Virus record (IMG/VR): IMGVR_UViG_3300045988_043822
Span: 1 to 34,463 of that record
DNA: 34,463 nt
Direction: 5' to 3' (one strand)
Origin: a virus
Shown here: positions 7,535 through 17,224 of the stretch, piece by piece
Layout of the letters: the number at the start of each line of letters is the position of its first letter
How positions within the stretch are numbered: position 1 is the first letter of the stretch
Notes under the pieces: generated by a model
What the model was told of the DNA's origin: nothing
Databases searched by the model: none
Seen by the model: the letters and a program-made list of their open reading frames with translations, nothing else
Program-made: the position numbers and the translations under genes

Positions 7535-7882
7535 ATGAAAGTTATATACAATAAATTCATACCGTTTAAGGGATTCAAAGCTATTAACTTATTCGGTTTC
7601 GTTTTCGTTCGTAAAGGACAAAGAGTATTTGACAGTACATTAAACCATGAAGCGATACACACCGCTCAAATGAAGGAAATGTTATACGTTCCGTTCTACA
7701 TAGCGTATGTAGGTGAATGGCTGTTCAGACTGATACAAGGCCCGTTCATACGCTCCAAAGGTGTACAGGTTAAGAAGTCTGCCTACGATAGAATATCGTT
7801 TGAAATTGAAGCCTACAAGCACGAACACAATGATCAGTACCTAAAGGCTAGAAAACATTTCGCACAATGGAGAAAGCAATAA
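7535..7882 (+). CDS. Small HExxH protein (putative zinc metallopeptidase-like, DUF4157-like pattern)
   Basis: The segment FKAINLFGFVFVRKGQRVFDSTLNHEAIHTAQ contains HEAIH followed by xxQ. The ORF track start at 7496 is GTG and would sit at the transcription start, so the gene is trimmed to ATG 7535. Confidence 0.45.
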   Translation: MKVIYNKFIPFKGFKAINLFGFVFVRKGQRVFDSTLNHEAIHTAQMKEMLYVPFYIAYVGEWLFRLIQGPFIRSKGVQVKKSAYDRISFEIEAYKHEHNDQYLKARKHFAQWRKQ

Positions 7883-8298
7883 TAGACCTAGTTCAGCAAT
7901 TACGCGACGAAGTTATTGCCAACTATAAGGATAAACACCTTATAGCTAGTGGTAACTTTGAACGTGAAACGGTTGTGAAGGACGGTGGCAACAGCGTTCA
8001 GATAGTAGCACCGCACTACGTGTATCAGATGGTACAGGGTAGACGCGGTGGAAGCGCACCGCCTGTAAGCGTTATTAAGCAATGGATCAAGGACAAGAAC
8101 GCGCAAGGCGCTGATATACCCTTGGAGGCAGCATGGGCGATCGTTACAAAGATCAGACAGGACGGTATCAAAGTCCCTAACAGGTTCAATGACGGGACAG
8201 CTGTAAAGGGCGTTATCAACCCTCAACGGGTACAGCAGTTAACGGCCGATATAAGTGAAATAATTAAAGCAAGAATACTACAAATATTAACAAAATGA
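7867..8298 (+). CDS. Hypothetical virion-module protein
   Basis: ATG ORF overlapping the previous gene by 16 nt. 143 aa. Confidence 0.65.
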   Translation: MEKAIIDLVQQLRDEVIANYKDKHLIASGNFERETVVKDGGNSVQIVAPHYVYQMVQGRRGGSAPPVSVIKQWIKDKNAQGADIPLEAAWAIVTKIRQDGIKVPNRFNDGTAVKGVINPQRVQQLTADISEIIKARILQILTK

Positions 8299-9812
8299 AA
8301 ATAACGTATATAAATACAGGCGACAGCGTAGGAAACCAAACAAACTACGTAGCTCCGATAGTCATACCGATTGCAGCAGGTCTAAAGCAGGAACTACTGT
8401 TTGAGGGAATGACGGGCGTAGCCTATATGACAATAGAGGTGTCCCGCAACGGAACGCCAGTGCACAATCAGCGGCTAACACCGTCCAGCACGATGCGCAT
8501 AGACCTAAGTACTTTTGCACAGGTGCTGCCATCACTTAACGAACTGTACGAGTATTTGGGGGGCGACCCGTCACATAACGTACAGGACAAGATTAAGTTT
8601 GTATTACTGGACGGGGTAACGCCACGTACATACTCTTTCTACGTTTGTTCTCTGAATTGCCCGTACCTAAACTCTAGAGGGTGGGTTCACCACGATGAAC
8701 GTAATTTGGTATCTACGGCATTGGCCAGTATGGTAGATGTGTCCTTGGTTACTCTTGGACATGGAACAAAGGAACTAGTAACCAATCCGATTAGAGGAAC
8801 AGGTACTAAAATAAAAGGGTCTAACGGGTGGCTGGCTAACTTACCTTTCTCGCAGACGGTGATTTCTAAGGGAGTAGAAGTAACGCAGTCAATTTACGTT
8901 GAAAATGTTGGAAACAACCCGTTTACTCTTGCTGCAAGGTTTGCAACAGATGCCTATCCTCCTAGCGTCAGAGAGGAAAATATCAAAATACCAGCGGGCT
9001 TCAAGGGTGTTGTTAGTTCTACGAAGGTTATGCCGATGGATACTGACCCATATATGTACGTAGTGGCAATAGACGGTAGACCTACGGAAGCTAATTTTTA
9101 TTGTTACATGGTGAACTACGGGGGTGAGCCTAAGCCATGGATCAAGGCAGGGGCGAACGCTGCGTCGCCTTGTGCAGGTGCTTTGACTGATTATCGTAGT
9201 GGAAAAACGTTTAATACGGCACAGGTGACGCCCCCATACGCTTATTTTAATGATGCAGCGGTAGATATGGTGGGAACTGTAAGGGGAAGGCGAGTGTATT
9301 ACCCCGTGGGGTCTGACTCTACAAGGTTCGGCTTTAGCACGAATGGCGGTGCACCCTCTAACTACACAACAGGCGTAAAGTTTACAGGCGGATCAACTAT
9401 TAAAGTAACAGCGCCAAACGGTGATATATTCGGATGGATAGAGTACGAAAACAAACTACCTAAAGACGTTTCACCGAATTGTGGCGTTCTCCTTCGGTGG
9501 CTGAATAGTAAGGGCTGGTATGACAGTATGTTCTTTGAAAAGTATTCAATCAAACCAGTTATGCGAACAAACAACAACGGAGGCAATGGTATTGATTATT
9601 ACGAAACCACTTTGCAAATAGATGTTAACTGGGATAATGAGCCGTGCTTAAATTGGATCCAAAGATCATCCGATATTATCGCACGTATTCCGATAGACAT
9701 TTGCCAGTTCGGTAGGGCTACTTTGTTGGCAACCAACGTTTTTAAAACACAAGGGGGCAACAAAACGAAAACAATTCAATTCAAATTTAAAGTTCAAATT
9801 GTAGAACCATGA
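8295..9812 (+). CDS. Putative tail/baseplate structural protein (505 aa)
   Basis: Large, beta-rich, Gly/Asn/Thr-rich protein. It has ATGA overlaps on both sides and sits next to the tape-measure-like gene. Confidence 0.5.
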   Translation: MKITYINTGDSVGNQTNYVAPIVIPIAAGLKQELLFEGMTGVAYMTIEVSRNGTPVHNQRLTPSSTMRIDLSTFAQVLPSLNELYEYLGGDPSHNVQDKIKFVLLDGVTPRTYSFYVCSLNCPYLNSRGWVHHDERNLVSTALASMVDVSLVTLGHGTKELVTNPIRGTGTKIKGSNGWLANLPFSQTVISKGVEVTQSIYVENVGNNPFTLAARFATDAYPPSVREENIKIPAGFKGVVSSTKVMPMDTDPYMYVVAIDGRPTEANFYCYMVNYGGEPKPWIKAGANAASPCAGALTDYRSGKTFNTAQVTPPYAYFNDAAVDMVGTVRGRRVYYPVGSDSTRFGFSTNGGAPSNYTTGVKFTGGSTIKVTAPNGDIFGWIEYENKLPKDVSPNCGVLLRWLNSKGWYDSMFFEKYSIKPVMRTNNNGGNGIDYYETTLQIDVNWDNEPCLNWIQRSSDIIARIPIDICQFGRATLLATNVFKTQGGNKTKTIQFKFKVQIVEP

Positions 9813-11443
9813 TAGAAATTAGCGTAAAGATAGATAATGTAGCGGTTGAGGGCATAAGTCCCGCATCCGTTAAACTCACAATCAATAATGCAGACCCGTT
9901 GAAGTTCACCGATAGGACAGTAGCGTATAGTGCCAGCATCGATGTACCTAGAACCGGGGTGAACGATCGTATCTTTAAGGAGATGCGCACACCGTGGTTA
10001 TTCACCAAGTCAAGGATGTACGTAGCTTATCTGTACTTCGGTGGTTTACCTGCCCCCATGAACGGAGGCAGGTTCAAAGCTAAAGTAACTGCAAAGGATA
10101 GTGGCTATACGGTTGAGTTGATAGAATTGTTCACAAAGTTTAGTTCTATTAATTCTAGCTTTGGGGGTGTCGAGCCTAACTATGAACCCGAAGGTTCTCC
10201 GTATTGGGTAACGTCTTATAACAAGATGCTGCAAAGGGCATACCCGAATATAGTAATACCCACTCAACTGGCCTTTGGCAAGTCTGGGTCGAAAGTTATC
10301 GGGCAGATGGCTTACTGGAGTGCGACTACGGACGTTAAGGCAGGTGACTACGTAGACACGTCAATAGTTATGAGGTATAGGAATTGCTCTGATGGTGACT
10401 ACCAAAGCAGTTACCCGTATAACTATCTTTGGGCTGATACGTCTGACACGGCATTAGCTGCAAGGCTGTACGGTGGGCAGACGTTTTCGTTCCGTGTATC
10501 GAAAGAAAACTACATAACGGTAGATGAATCATTCACGGGCAACATACGTTTGAGGATGGTATCACCAACAGGATCAACAGTTGTTAAATACGAATTTAGT
10601 TCTCAGAATTCGGACGGTACGAAACGTTACAGCCCCAAAAATAACACAACTATTGGCCTTACAATAAACGGTTCAGACCTTCAAGCGGAATTCCTTAATG
10701 ACGCAGGGCAAAGAATAACGCCTACAAAGTCATTACCTGTTGAGGATGCTATGGTATTGGAAATGCAGTTAACAGGCGTAACAGATCCGAGTGCATCCCG
10801 TAGAATGGTTTTCAACCAAGGTTTTACAAATGGTTATGAATTGTTGATGGCTTTTTGCAAGGCGTTCGCATGGACGTATGACTACAACCAAGAAACCAAC
10901 AAGGTAACGTTGAAGCCGTTCATTGATCCCGATATAGCCAACGCAGGAAGCGCCAAGCGCGCAGACTGGACGGGAAAGATAGTAACGGACACGGTGGAAG
11001 TATCGGAGATCGAGGGCATTGGGCGGTCTATGATTTATACGGTGGGCGAAAGGAAGTACAGGTTTAAGGCGTTTGACGGTGCATTGGACAGTTCAGCGGA
11101 TGGGGCAAACAGCTCGTTTCCCGTAACAGTATCTCATGAGATGCCCTTCGCAAACATGACTATTTTTGATGCAGCCAATATTGGCTTTACCAACTACTTT
11201 ACTAATGCAAATAGTTACCGTGCGGATATTGGAGACTATTATTCGTACTTTAGAAAGGGTTACCAAATCAAGTGTACAGCGTATTTAACGTACTTCGATA
11301 TTCTGAACTTTAAAAATGATGGCTGTTACAGAATTGGAGAATTGAATGAATTTTTCTATATTCGCACAATTTCTAATTGGGACGCGTCAACAGGAAAATG
11401 TACTATCACAGCCGTAGCACTGAATTTACTGGGTAAGGGGTGA
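9809..11443 (+). CDS. Putative tail/receptor-binding structural protein (544 aa)
   Basis: Large beta-rich protein translationally coupled to the preceding gene. No specific motif recognised. Confidence 0.5.
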   Translation: MIEISVKIDNVAVEGISPASVKLTINNADPLKFTDRTVAYSASIDVPRTGVNDRIFKEMRTPWLFTKSRMYVAYLYFGGLPAPMNGGRFKAKVTAKDSGYTVELIELFTKFSSINSSFGGVEPNYEPEGSPYWVTSYNKMLQRAYPNIVIPTQLAFGKSGSKVIGQMAYWSATTDVKAGDYVDTSIVMRYRNCSDGDYQSSYPYNYLWADTSDTALAARLYGGQTFSFRVSKENYITVDESFTGNIRLRMVSPTGSTVVKYEFSSQNSDGTKRYSPKNNTTIGLTINGSDLQAEFLNDAGQRITPTKSLPVEDAMVLEMQLTGVTDPSASRRMVFNQGFTNGYELLMAFCKAFAWTYDYNQETNKVTLKPFIDPDIANAGSAKRADWTGKIVTDTVEVSEIEGIGRSMIYTVGERKYRFKAFDGALDSSADGANSSFPVTVSHEMPFANMTIFDAANIGFTNYFTNANSYRADIGDYYSYFRKGYQIKCTAYLTYFDILNFKNDGCYRIGELNEFFYIRTISNWDASTGKCTITAVALNLLGKG

Positions 11444-11477
11444 TGATGGAACGGTTTACAGTTGAAATTTAATAACT

Positions 11478-14024
11478 ATGGGGGCACTGCAAAACGTGCC
11501 CTCTTTAACAATTTTTAATATGGCAGATAGTGTTACGTTACTAGACCTTTCATTTAACACCGATGGGGCTTTAGATGGTTTGGATGCTTTGATTGCCAAG
11601 TCTACGGAATTGGCAGAAAAGAAGGAGCAACTTCGAAAGGCACTAAAGGAAGAAGCCAACCAGCTAAACGAAGCAAGGAAGGCTTACAAGGAAGGCGCGG
11701 CATCACAGAGTGATTATAAAGACGCAGTAGATAAGGCAGCAAGGGCAAGCATAGAACTTAAAAAACAAATGCTTGACGTTAAGGACGAGATCAAAGAAAA
11801 TAATTCAGAGATCAAGATCAATAAAACGCTTTTAGATTCACAGGCTACGAGTGTCAACGCTTTACGGGCGCAGTTGGCGAAGAACACCAAGGAGGTTAAC
11901 GCTATGAGCGCGGCCGAGAGGGAGAACACCGAAGCAGGGAAAAACCTTGTAGCGCAAACAAAAGCTATTTCGGACAAGCTAAAGGAAATGGAGAAGGGCG
12001 TAGGTGATAACAGACGAAACGTAGGTAACTACGCTGACAGTATCACAGAAGCGATGGCGAACACTAAGGGCCTTTCGGGAGCTACTGGGGCGTTAACTTC
12101 GTCAATGAGTGGCGGTATATCGATCATCAAGGTATTCAACGCTACATTGAAAGCAAACCCTATTCTAGCGATAGTGGGCTTTATACTTACTTTGATCAGT
12201 ACGGTAGAAAAGCTAATGGAGCGCAATAGCGAAATGGCGGCATCTCTCAAAGCAGCGTTCGCACCGTTTGAAGTTATATTCAGTAGGTTACTGGATCAGA
12301 TAACAAACTTTCTTTCCGCCGTGGCAAATGCTATCGTATGGGTGAGCGATGCTATTACGGGCTTGTTAGATAAGTTCGGCTTGATTTCAGAGGCAACGAA
12401 GGAAGCAGCTGCACAAGCAAAGGCACTTTCAAAAGCCGAGTATGATATATACGAAGCCGAAACGAATATACTAGTACCTTTGGCAGAACAGAAGCGTAGA
12501 GCGGAAGAACTTAAAACGCTAGGAGCAGATCAAAGTAAATCAGCTAAGGAACGCGCAGAAGCATATAAGCAGGCTAATGAAGTTCTTAAAAGCATGGAAG
12601 AGAAAGAGGTAGGCTTGCTTAAACAGAAGTACGAGCAAATCAAAGCGCAAAACGAACTTTCTTATACCTCACAGGAGGATGCACGTAAAGAAGCCGAGGC
12701 ACTCGCAGCACTTGAAGCTAAACGGGCTGAGTACACCGCCGAAAGAAAAGAGGTTATATCGCAAATTAGTGGTTTGGAAAAGACGGAACGCGATAAGGGC
12801 ATAGCAGCAAGCAAGGCAGCGGCCGCACAGGTAGCGGCCGACAAACTGAAAGCAGAGCAAAAGATACAGCAGCAGATCAAGGAGGCACAGGCACAAGCGA
12901 TCAAGCAGCTAGAGCAAAACATTACGTCCGTAGACCTTGCAGCGCGTGAAGCCGAGATACAAAACAATTCCTTGGAGATGCGAATAGCAAATCAACAGAA
13001 GTTCAACGCTGAAAGTGAGAAACTGGAAAAGTATAAACTTGAACAAGGCTTGATCGACAAGCAAGATTATAACAACAAGGTTCTCGAAATGGATTTGGAG
13101 TTACGATCATTGCAACAAGAACAGGCGCTAGCACAAGAGGAAGCAGATAAGCAGAAGCGAGCTGTCGACTTTGCGAACGCGCAGGAAGCCCGTTTGATGG
13201 GTATCCAAAATGAGTTCGATTTAAAACAGGCCCAACTCGATTTAGCATATTCGCAGGAGATGGAAGCGGCCGAACGGGTGGGGGCTGATACGTCACTAGT
13301 CAAGGAGAAATACGAAAAGTACCAACAGGAATTAACAAGGCAGCGTATTAATGCCGAATTAACAATGGCCGGTTCTTTGGCTGGGCAGTTGGGTGACTTG
13401 CTAGGCGAGGAAAGTGTGGCTGGTAAGGCTTTTGCAGTCGTACAGGCAACGATCAATACGTATCTAGGTGCTACTAAGGCATTGGCGCAGGGTGGTTTTT
13501 GGGGTATCGCACAGGCGGCAATGGTTATAGCGTTTGGTATGAAACAAGTCGCAAGCATCACTAAAACCAAAGACCCCGAAACGAAGGTTCAAACCTCTGT
13601 TAGGAAATTTGCAAAGGGCGGACAGGTGTATGGGGCTTCACACGCAAACGGTGGCGTTACGTTCACAGGTTCAAATGGGCAGATGTTTGAAGCAGAAGGC
13701 GGCGAGAACGTTTATATAATGAAGCGTACGGCATCCGCAGACATTGCAGCCCTTTCGGCAATAAACGAAGCACATGGGGGCAGATCATTCGGTACATCGG
13801 GTATGTACAAATTTGCAGAAGGTGGACAGGTGGCTATGATTTCGGGAAGCAGCCGACAGACCGTAGCAAATCAGCCCGTAATACTATCCAGCGAAAGTAT
13901 TGCACAGTTGGCTGGTGTAGTCATTGACGCTGTTATAAACGCTCCTAACCCTGTTGTATCAGTACAGGACATTGATAACGGACAAAACAACGTACAAGTT
14001 ATACAAAACAGTGCATTATTATAA
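11478..14024 (+). CDS. Tape-measure-like protein (or internal virion protein), 848 aa
   Basis: Long Ala/Glu/Lys/Gln coiled-coil sequence. Hydrophobic segments ANPILAIVGFILTLISTV and GGFWGIAQAAMVIAFGM. Duplicated C-terminal motif KFAKGGQV / KFAEGGQV. Confidence 0.6.
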   Translation: MGALQNVPSLTIFNMADSVTLLDLSFNTDGALDGLDALIAKSTELAEKKEQLRKALKEEANQLNEARKAYKEGAASQSDYKDAVDKAARASIELKKQMLDVKDEIKENNSEIKINKTLLDSQATSVNALRAQLAKNTKEVNAMSAAERENTEAGKNLVAQTKAISDKLKEMEKGVGDNRRNVGNYADSITEAMANTKGLSGATGALTSSMSGGISIIKVFNATLKANPILAIVGFILTLISTVEKLMERNSEMAASLKAAFAPFEVIFSRLLDQITNFLSAVANAIVWVSDAITGLLDKFGLISEATKEAAAQAKALSKAEYDIYEAETNILVPLAEQKRRAEELKTLGADQSKSAKERAEAYKQANEVLKSMEEKEVGLLKQKYEQIKAQNELSYTSQEDARKEAEALAALEAKRAEYTAERKEVISQISGLEKTERDKGIAASKAAAAQVAADKLKAEQKIQQQIKEAQAQAIKQLEQNITSVDLAAREAEIQNNSLEMRIANQQKFNAESEKLEKYKLEQGLIDKQDYNNKVLEMDLELRSLQQEQALAQEEADKQKRAVDFANAQEARLMGIQNEFDLKQAQLDLAYSQEMEAAERVGADTSLVKEKYEKYQQELTRQRINAELTMAGSLAGQLGDLLGEESVAGKAFAVVQATINTYLGATKALAQGGFWGIAQAAMVIAFGMKQVASITKTKDPETKVQTSVRKFAKGGQVYGASHANGGVTFTGSNGQMFEAEGGENVYIMKRTASADIAALSAINEAHGGRSFGTSGMYKFAEGGQVAMISGSSRQTVANQPVILSSESIAQLAGVVIDAVINAPNPVVSVQDIDNGQNNVQVIQNSALL

Positions 14025-14031
14025 AAATTGA

Positions 14032-14079
14032 CTGTCGCAAAGTGGGGTATCTAGTTATTAGGTGCTATCTTTGCGACAG
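14032..14079 (+). promoter_or_regulatory. 11-bp inverted repeat enclosing a -7 promoter box
   Basis: CTGTCGCAAAG (14032-14042) is the reverse complement of CTTTGCGACAG (14069-14079). TATCTTTG at 14066-14073 overlaps the 3' arm. No TTG was seen at -33. Confidence 0.5.
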
Positions 14080-14100
14080 TTACAACAAACCAAAACAATT

Positions 14101-15084
14101 ATGAAATTTAAGAGATTAAGAATTATTCAAGCAGGTGTTACCACCAACTACGGAACGGTGGATCATAAAAAGGTTTTGCCCTTGAATATTACAGAGGCAG
14201 CGGTACAATCAGTTGTAACGTTAGGTAATAAAAAGCCGATTCATTGCAGGCGCACACATGACGGCATTGATATGCTGGACGGGTATCTAGGGAAGTTCGA
14301 TAACTTTGTTTATGAGGATGGCATAGCCTATGCAGACTTTAATATGTCACCGGCCTTGGAAAGTGCTTACCCAGCCGAGGCAAAGTTCATAACTACAATG
14401 ATCGAGCAAGAACCCGAGATGCTAGGTATCTCCATTATCGGTTCACAAAATCAAATAGAAAATGGTGAGGTTATAGATGTCATAGAGTTTACAGAATTGT
14501 ATTCCTGTGATATTGTAGGGCTTCCAGCCGCTACCACCTCTTTATTTAGTAATAATCAAAAAGAAAGTAAAATGAACAAATTTTTTAGTGCATTTGCTTC
14601 TGTATTCACTTCTAAAAATAAGTTTGCCACTGAAACGGTGACTACTAAAGACGGAAGTTCAATCACAATAGAAGCAGTTGGCGAAAGCATGGCCATCGGG
14701 GATAAGGTCTTTGATAGTGAGGGCAACGCGGTTGCAGACGGTGAGATCGTTATCGTGGTTGATGGGCAGGAAGCCGTTATTGAAATTGAAAACGGTGCTA
14801 TCAAAGAAGTTAAGGCCGTTGAAGCCGAAGAGGAAACAACCACAGAACTGGAGGAAGAGAAAAAATCTAAAACCGTTCCCGAAGAGTTCAGCAAGTCTAT
14901 TGCAGCTTTACAGGCAACTATCACGGAACAGGGTAAGAAGTTGGCAGAGTTGACAGAGAAGTTCAGCAAGGCAAGCAAGGCCCCCGCATTCGGCACAGGA
15001 GCAGCCCTCGTCAAAACAGTAGGCGGTATTTCAAAACTATCCAAAGATGCAGTACAAGAAGCTGCAAAGAAGTACAGAAAATAA
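14101..15084 (+). CDS. Putative capsid scaffolding protein, possibly with an N-terminal protease-like domain
   Basis: Sits directly upstream of the capsid gene. The C-terminal half is Ala/Glu/Lys-rich and helical (EAEEETTTELEEEKK...). The ORF track start at 14062 is non-ATG and upstream of the -7 box, so the gene is trimmed to ATG 14101. Confidence 0.5.
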   Translation: MKFKRLRIIQAGVTTNYGTVDHKKVLPLNITEAAVQSVVTLGNKKPIHCRRTHDGIDMLDGYLGKFDNFVYEDGIAYADFNMSPALESAYPAEAKFITTMIEQEPEMLGISIIGSQNQIENGEVIDVIEFTELYSCDIVGLPAATTSLFSNNQKESKMNKFFSAFASVFTSKNKFATETVTTKDGSSITIEAVGESMAIGDKVFDSEGNAVADGEIVIVVDGQEAVIEIENGAIKEVKAVEAEEETTTELEEEKKSKTVPEEFSKSIAALQATITEQGKKLAELTEKFSKASKAPAFGTGAALVKTVGGISKLSKDAVQEAAKKYRK

Positions 15085-15113
15085 TAATTCAACAAATTTA
15101 AAAAATTACAATT

Positions 15114-16073
15114 ATGGCAATGACTTTTACAGCAATGAATAAATTAAACCTTGCAGACTTGAACGACGTTATCGTTTTGACAGTCGGTGCGAGTGGTGAG
15201 ATTTCAGATTCATTAACCGTTATGAACGGTATCGAAAATAATACTCCTATCGTTTCATTAACCGCTAAAGACTACGCTTTGCGTTTGTCAGCAGGTTGTG
15301 CAGACCCTTACAAGTATGACGCTATTTCCGACAAGGTTAAATACTACGAACACTCACCAATTCATTTGCCTTTAGTGGTTTGTTTGCAAGACCTGTGGGG
15401 CAAAATGGTAGCTAAGGGTATTAACCTTGACGATAATTTCGATGAAACAGAACTTGCTGGTTTTATCCAAGTACAGGTTAACGAAGTGTTAGACGCTGAT
15501 ATGTTGCGTTTGGCTTGGTTAGACGGTGGCGACGTTCAGAAGGCAGATAACCCTAATGCAGCAGCCTATGACATTTTGAAACACGGCGGTTTTATCCAAC
15601 AGCATTTGGACAGCACAGAATCACAGGGCGCATTGGTACTTGATAAGGCAGGTGTTCTTAACGCTTTGCGTTCTTGTATTGATAACCAAAATACTAAGGT
15701 ATTGGCCGATTCAGAATTTTTCGTTTCGACAAACGTTATGCGCTTGTACAAAAACTTGTTGCAGGATAGAGATAACAGCGTAGCACAGGTTACTATGACC
15801 GATGGCAAACCGACTTATTTCTTTGAAGGCTATAAGATTACAGCGTTGAACCATGTATCTAATGCCGCTAAGACCGATAGCAAGTACGATGCTTTCGTAG
15901 CATTTGCACCGAAGTCTAACCAGCATTTGGCAATGGAAAGTGGAGCGGTTTCTATCGATCCGTTCATCCGTGATGCACAGGATAGAAAATACTATTCTAC
16001 TACTTTGTTTGCAGCTACTGCAATGTTGGTTGAGCCTTCGTTCATGCAGTTGTGGTTACACGAAGCAGCTTAA
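15114..16073 (+). CDS. Putative major capsid protein
   Basis: 319-aa ORF after the scaffold gene, followed by the strongest intrinsic terminator in the genome. The call rests on position and size. Confidence 0.6.
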   Translation: MAMTFTAMNKLNLADLNDVIVLTVGASGEISDSLTVMNGIENNTPIVSLTAKDYALRLSAGCADPYKYDAISDKVKYYEHSPIHLPLVVCLQDLWGKMVAKGINLDDNFDETELAGFIQVQVNEVLDADMLRLAWLDGGDVQKADNPNAAAYDILKHGGFIQQHLDSTESQGALVLDKAGVLNALRSCIDNQNTKVLADSEFFVSTNVMRLYKNLLQDRDNSVAQVTMTDGKPTYFFEGYKITALNHVSNAAKTDSKYDAFVAFAPKSNQHLAMESGAVSIDPFIRDAQDRKYYSTTLFAATAMLVEPSFMQLWLHEAA

Positions 16074-16098
16074 GAGAGATTTAACAGAATACTAATGT

Positions 16099-16134
16099 AG
16101 GGGGTTGGGCTTTAACCCAGCCCCCTATTTTCAT
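16099..16134 (+). terminator. Rho-independent terminator after the capsid gene
   Basis: AGGGGGTTGGG (16099-16109) pairs with CCCAGCCCCCT (16116-16126) as an 11-bp stem with one G-U pair and a 6-nt loop. It is followed by ATTTTCATTT. Confidence 0.8.
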
Positions 16135-16144
16135 TTAAAACTAT

Positions 16145-16675
16145 ATGGCAACAAATAAAACGTGTTTAGGCAAAATGATTACTAATATACGCGTGAACTG
16201 TGGTATTCCGCAGCACGGTATTGAGGAATTTTTGCTAGTTGATGTAGAGGACGTCGCAGATCTTGTTGTTACAGACTATGTGGCTGTAATTGCTACGACA
16301 GGCGTACCTATCCTAGTGGAATCTTACAAGATGACATCGCAGGTAACAGAGAGTTTGCAGAGTCTTGATGGATCGGCAGCGATGAAACAAACGGTAATTT
16401 TCAATATATTTGATAAGACGAAGTACGCCGAACTTATTTCGGGGCTGGCAAACCGTAGGTTCGTAGCTTTTGCAAAGCACAGGGACGTAGGTTTGTACAA
16501 GGTGTACGGTGCATATTGTGGGCTGGAACTCGCATCGGCTGATATTGACAGTAACGACGCAGGCGGTTACGCTAAAATATCTTTGTCGACACCCGAAGGC
16601 GCACAGGGTGAAATGAGTTTAGTGACTACAAGGGCTAACTATGACTCTATCAAGAAGGAAATACCATCTAACTAA
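16145..16675 (+). CDS. Virion-module paralog 1 of 3 (176 aa)
   Basis: Shares an N-terminal C-x11-C pair and the C-terminal motif (S/T)T(P/D)EGxxG with the next two genes. Confidence 0.75.
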   Translation: MATNKTCLGKMITNIRVNCGIPQHGIEEFLLVDVEDVADLVVTDYVAVIATTGVPILVESYKMTSQVTESLQSLDGSAAMKQTVIFNIFDKTKYAELISGLANRRFVAFAKHRDVGLYKVYGAYCGLELASADIDSNDAGGYAKISLSTPEGAQGEMSLVTTRANYDSIKKEIPSN

Positions 16676-16690
16676 TTAAAACAAATTAAT

Positions 16691-17206
16691 ATGGCTTGTT
16701 TACAAAAAATTACTAGTGCCATTAACTACGATTGCTCCAACGGTTTTGTTGGCTTTTCGCAGGTGGCAATGATTAATAAGGCAGATATTCGGTCTTTCTC
16801 TGTTGACGATTTTAAGGTAGTTACTACTTTGGATATCGGTAGCGGTGTTCCCTATGGGGTAGCATCTCAAAAGAAGGGCTTTTCAGTGTCCGAAACGGTA
16901 CGGGTGAACGATGGCGCGCCCAATGCGTATGTACACGAAGTTACTGTAACGGTTTACGAGAAAGAAAACCCCTTGCTTTTTAACCAGTTGGCAAACGGTG
17001 ACATGGTGTTTATCGCCAAACGTGCAAAGTATTGCCGTGTATACGGTTTGTTCTACGGTTTGCAGCCTACTGCGTCCACAATGAACAGTAACGAGAACGG
17101 GGGCTGGGCTACGTTTACATTCACCACGCCCGAAGGCGTACTAGGTGAGGACTATTTAACAGTTAAAGATACGGTGTGCACCGCTATTTTTAACGCAGCT
17201 GTTTAA
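16691..17206 (+). CDS. Virion-module paralog 2 of 3 (171 aa)
   Basis: Begins MACLQK, has C3-x11-C15, and carries FTFTTPEGVLGE near the C-terminus. Its leader resembles that of paralog 3. Confidence 0.75.
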   Translation: MACLQKITSAINYDCSNGFVGFSQVAMINKADIRSFSVDDFKVVTTLDIGSGVPYGVASQKKGFSVSETVRVNDGAPNAYVHEVTVTVYEKENPLLFNQLANGDMVFIAKRAKYCRVYGLFYGLQPTASTMNSNENGGWATFTFTTPEGVLGEDYLTVKDTVCTAIFNAAV

Positions 17207-17224
17207 CTTTAAAAACAAATAAAT

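Noticed and set aside
8295-11443. Diversity-generating retroelement or other hypervariation system acting on the tail proteins.
   Set aside because: There is no reverse transcriptase ORF, and I noticed no template/variable repeat pair near the 3' ends of the tail-like genes.
14678-14953. Nested + strand alternative-frame ORFs: 3718-3906, 5534-5731, 14678-14953, 15904-16095 and 18625-18813.
   Set aside because: Each is fully embedded in a longer ORF with better support. Their products are Arg/Lys/Ser-rich, as is typical of off-frame translation.
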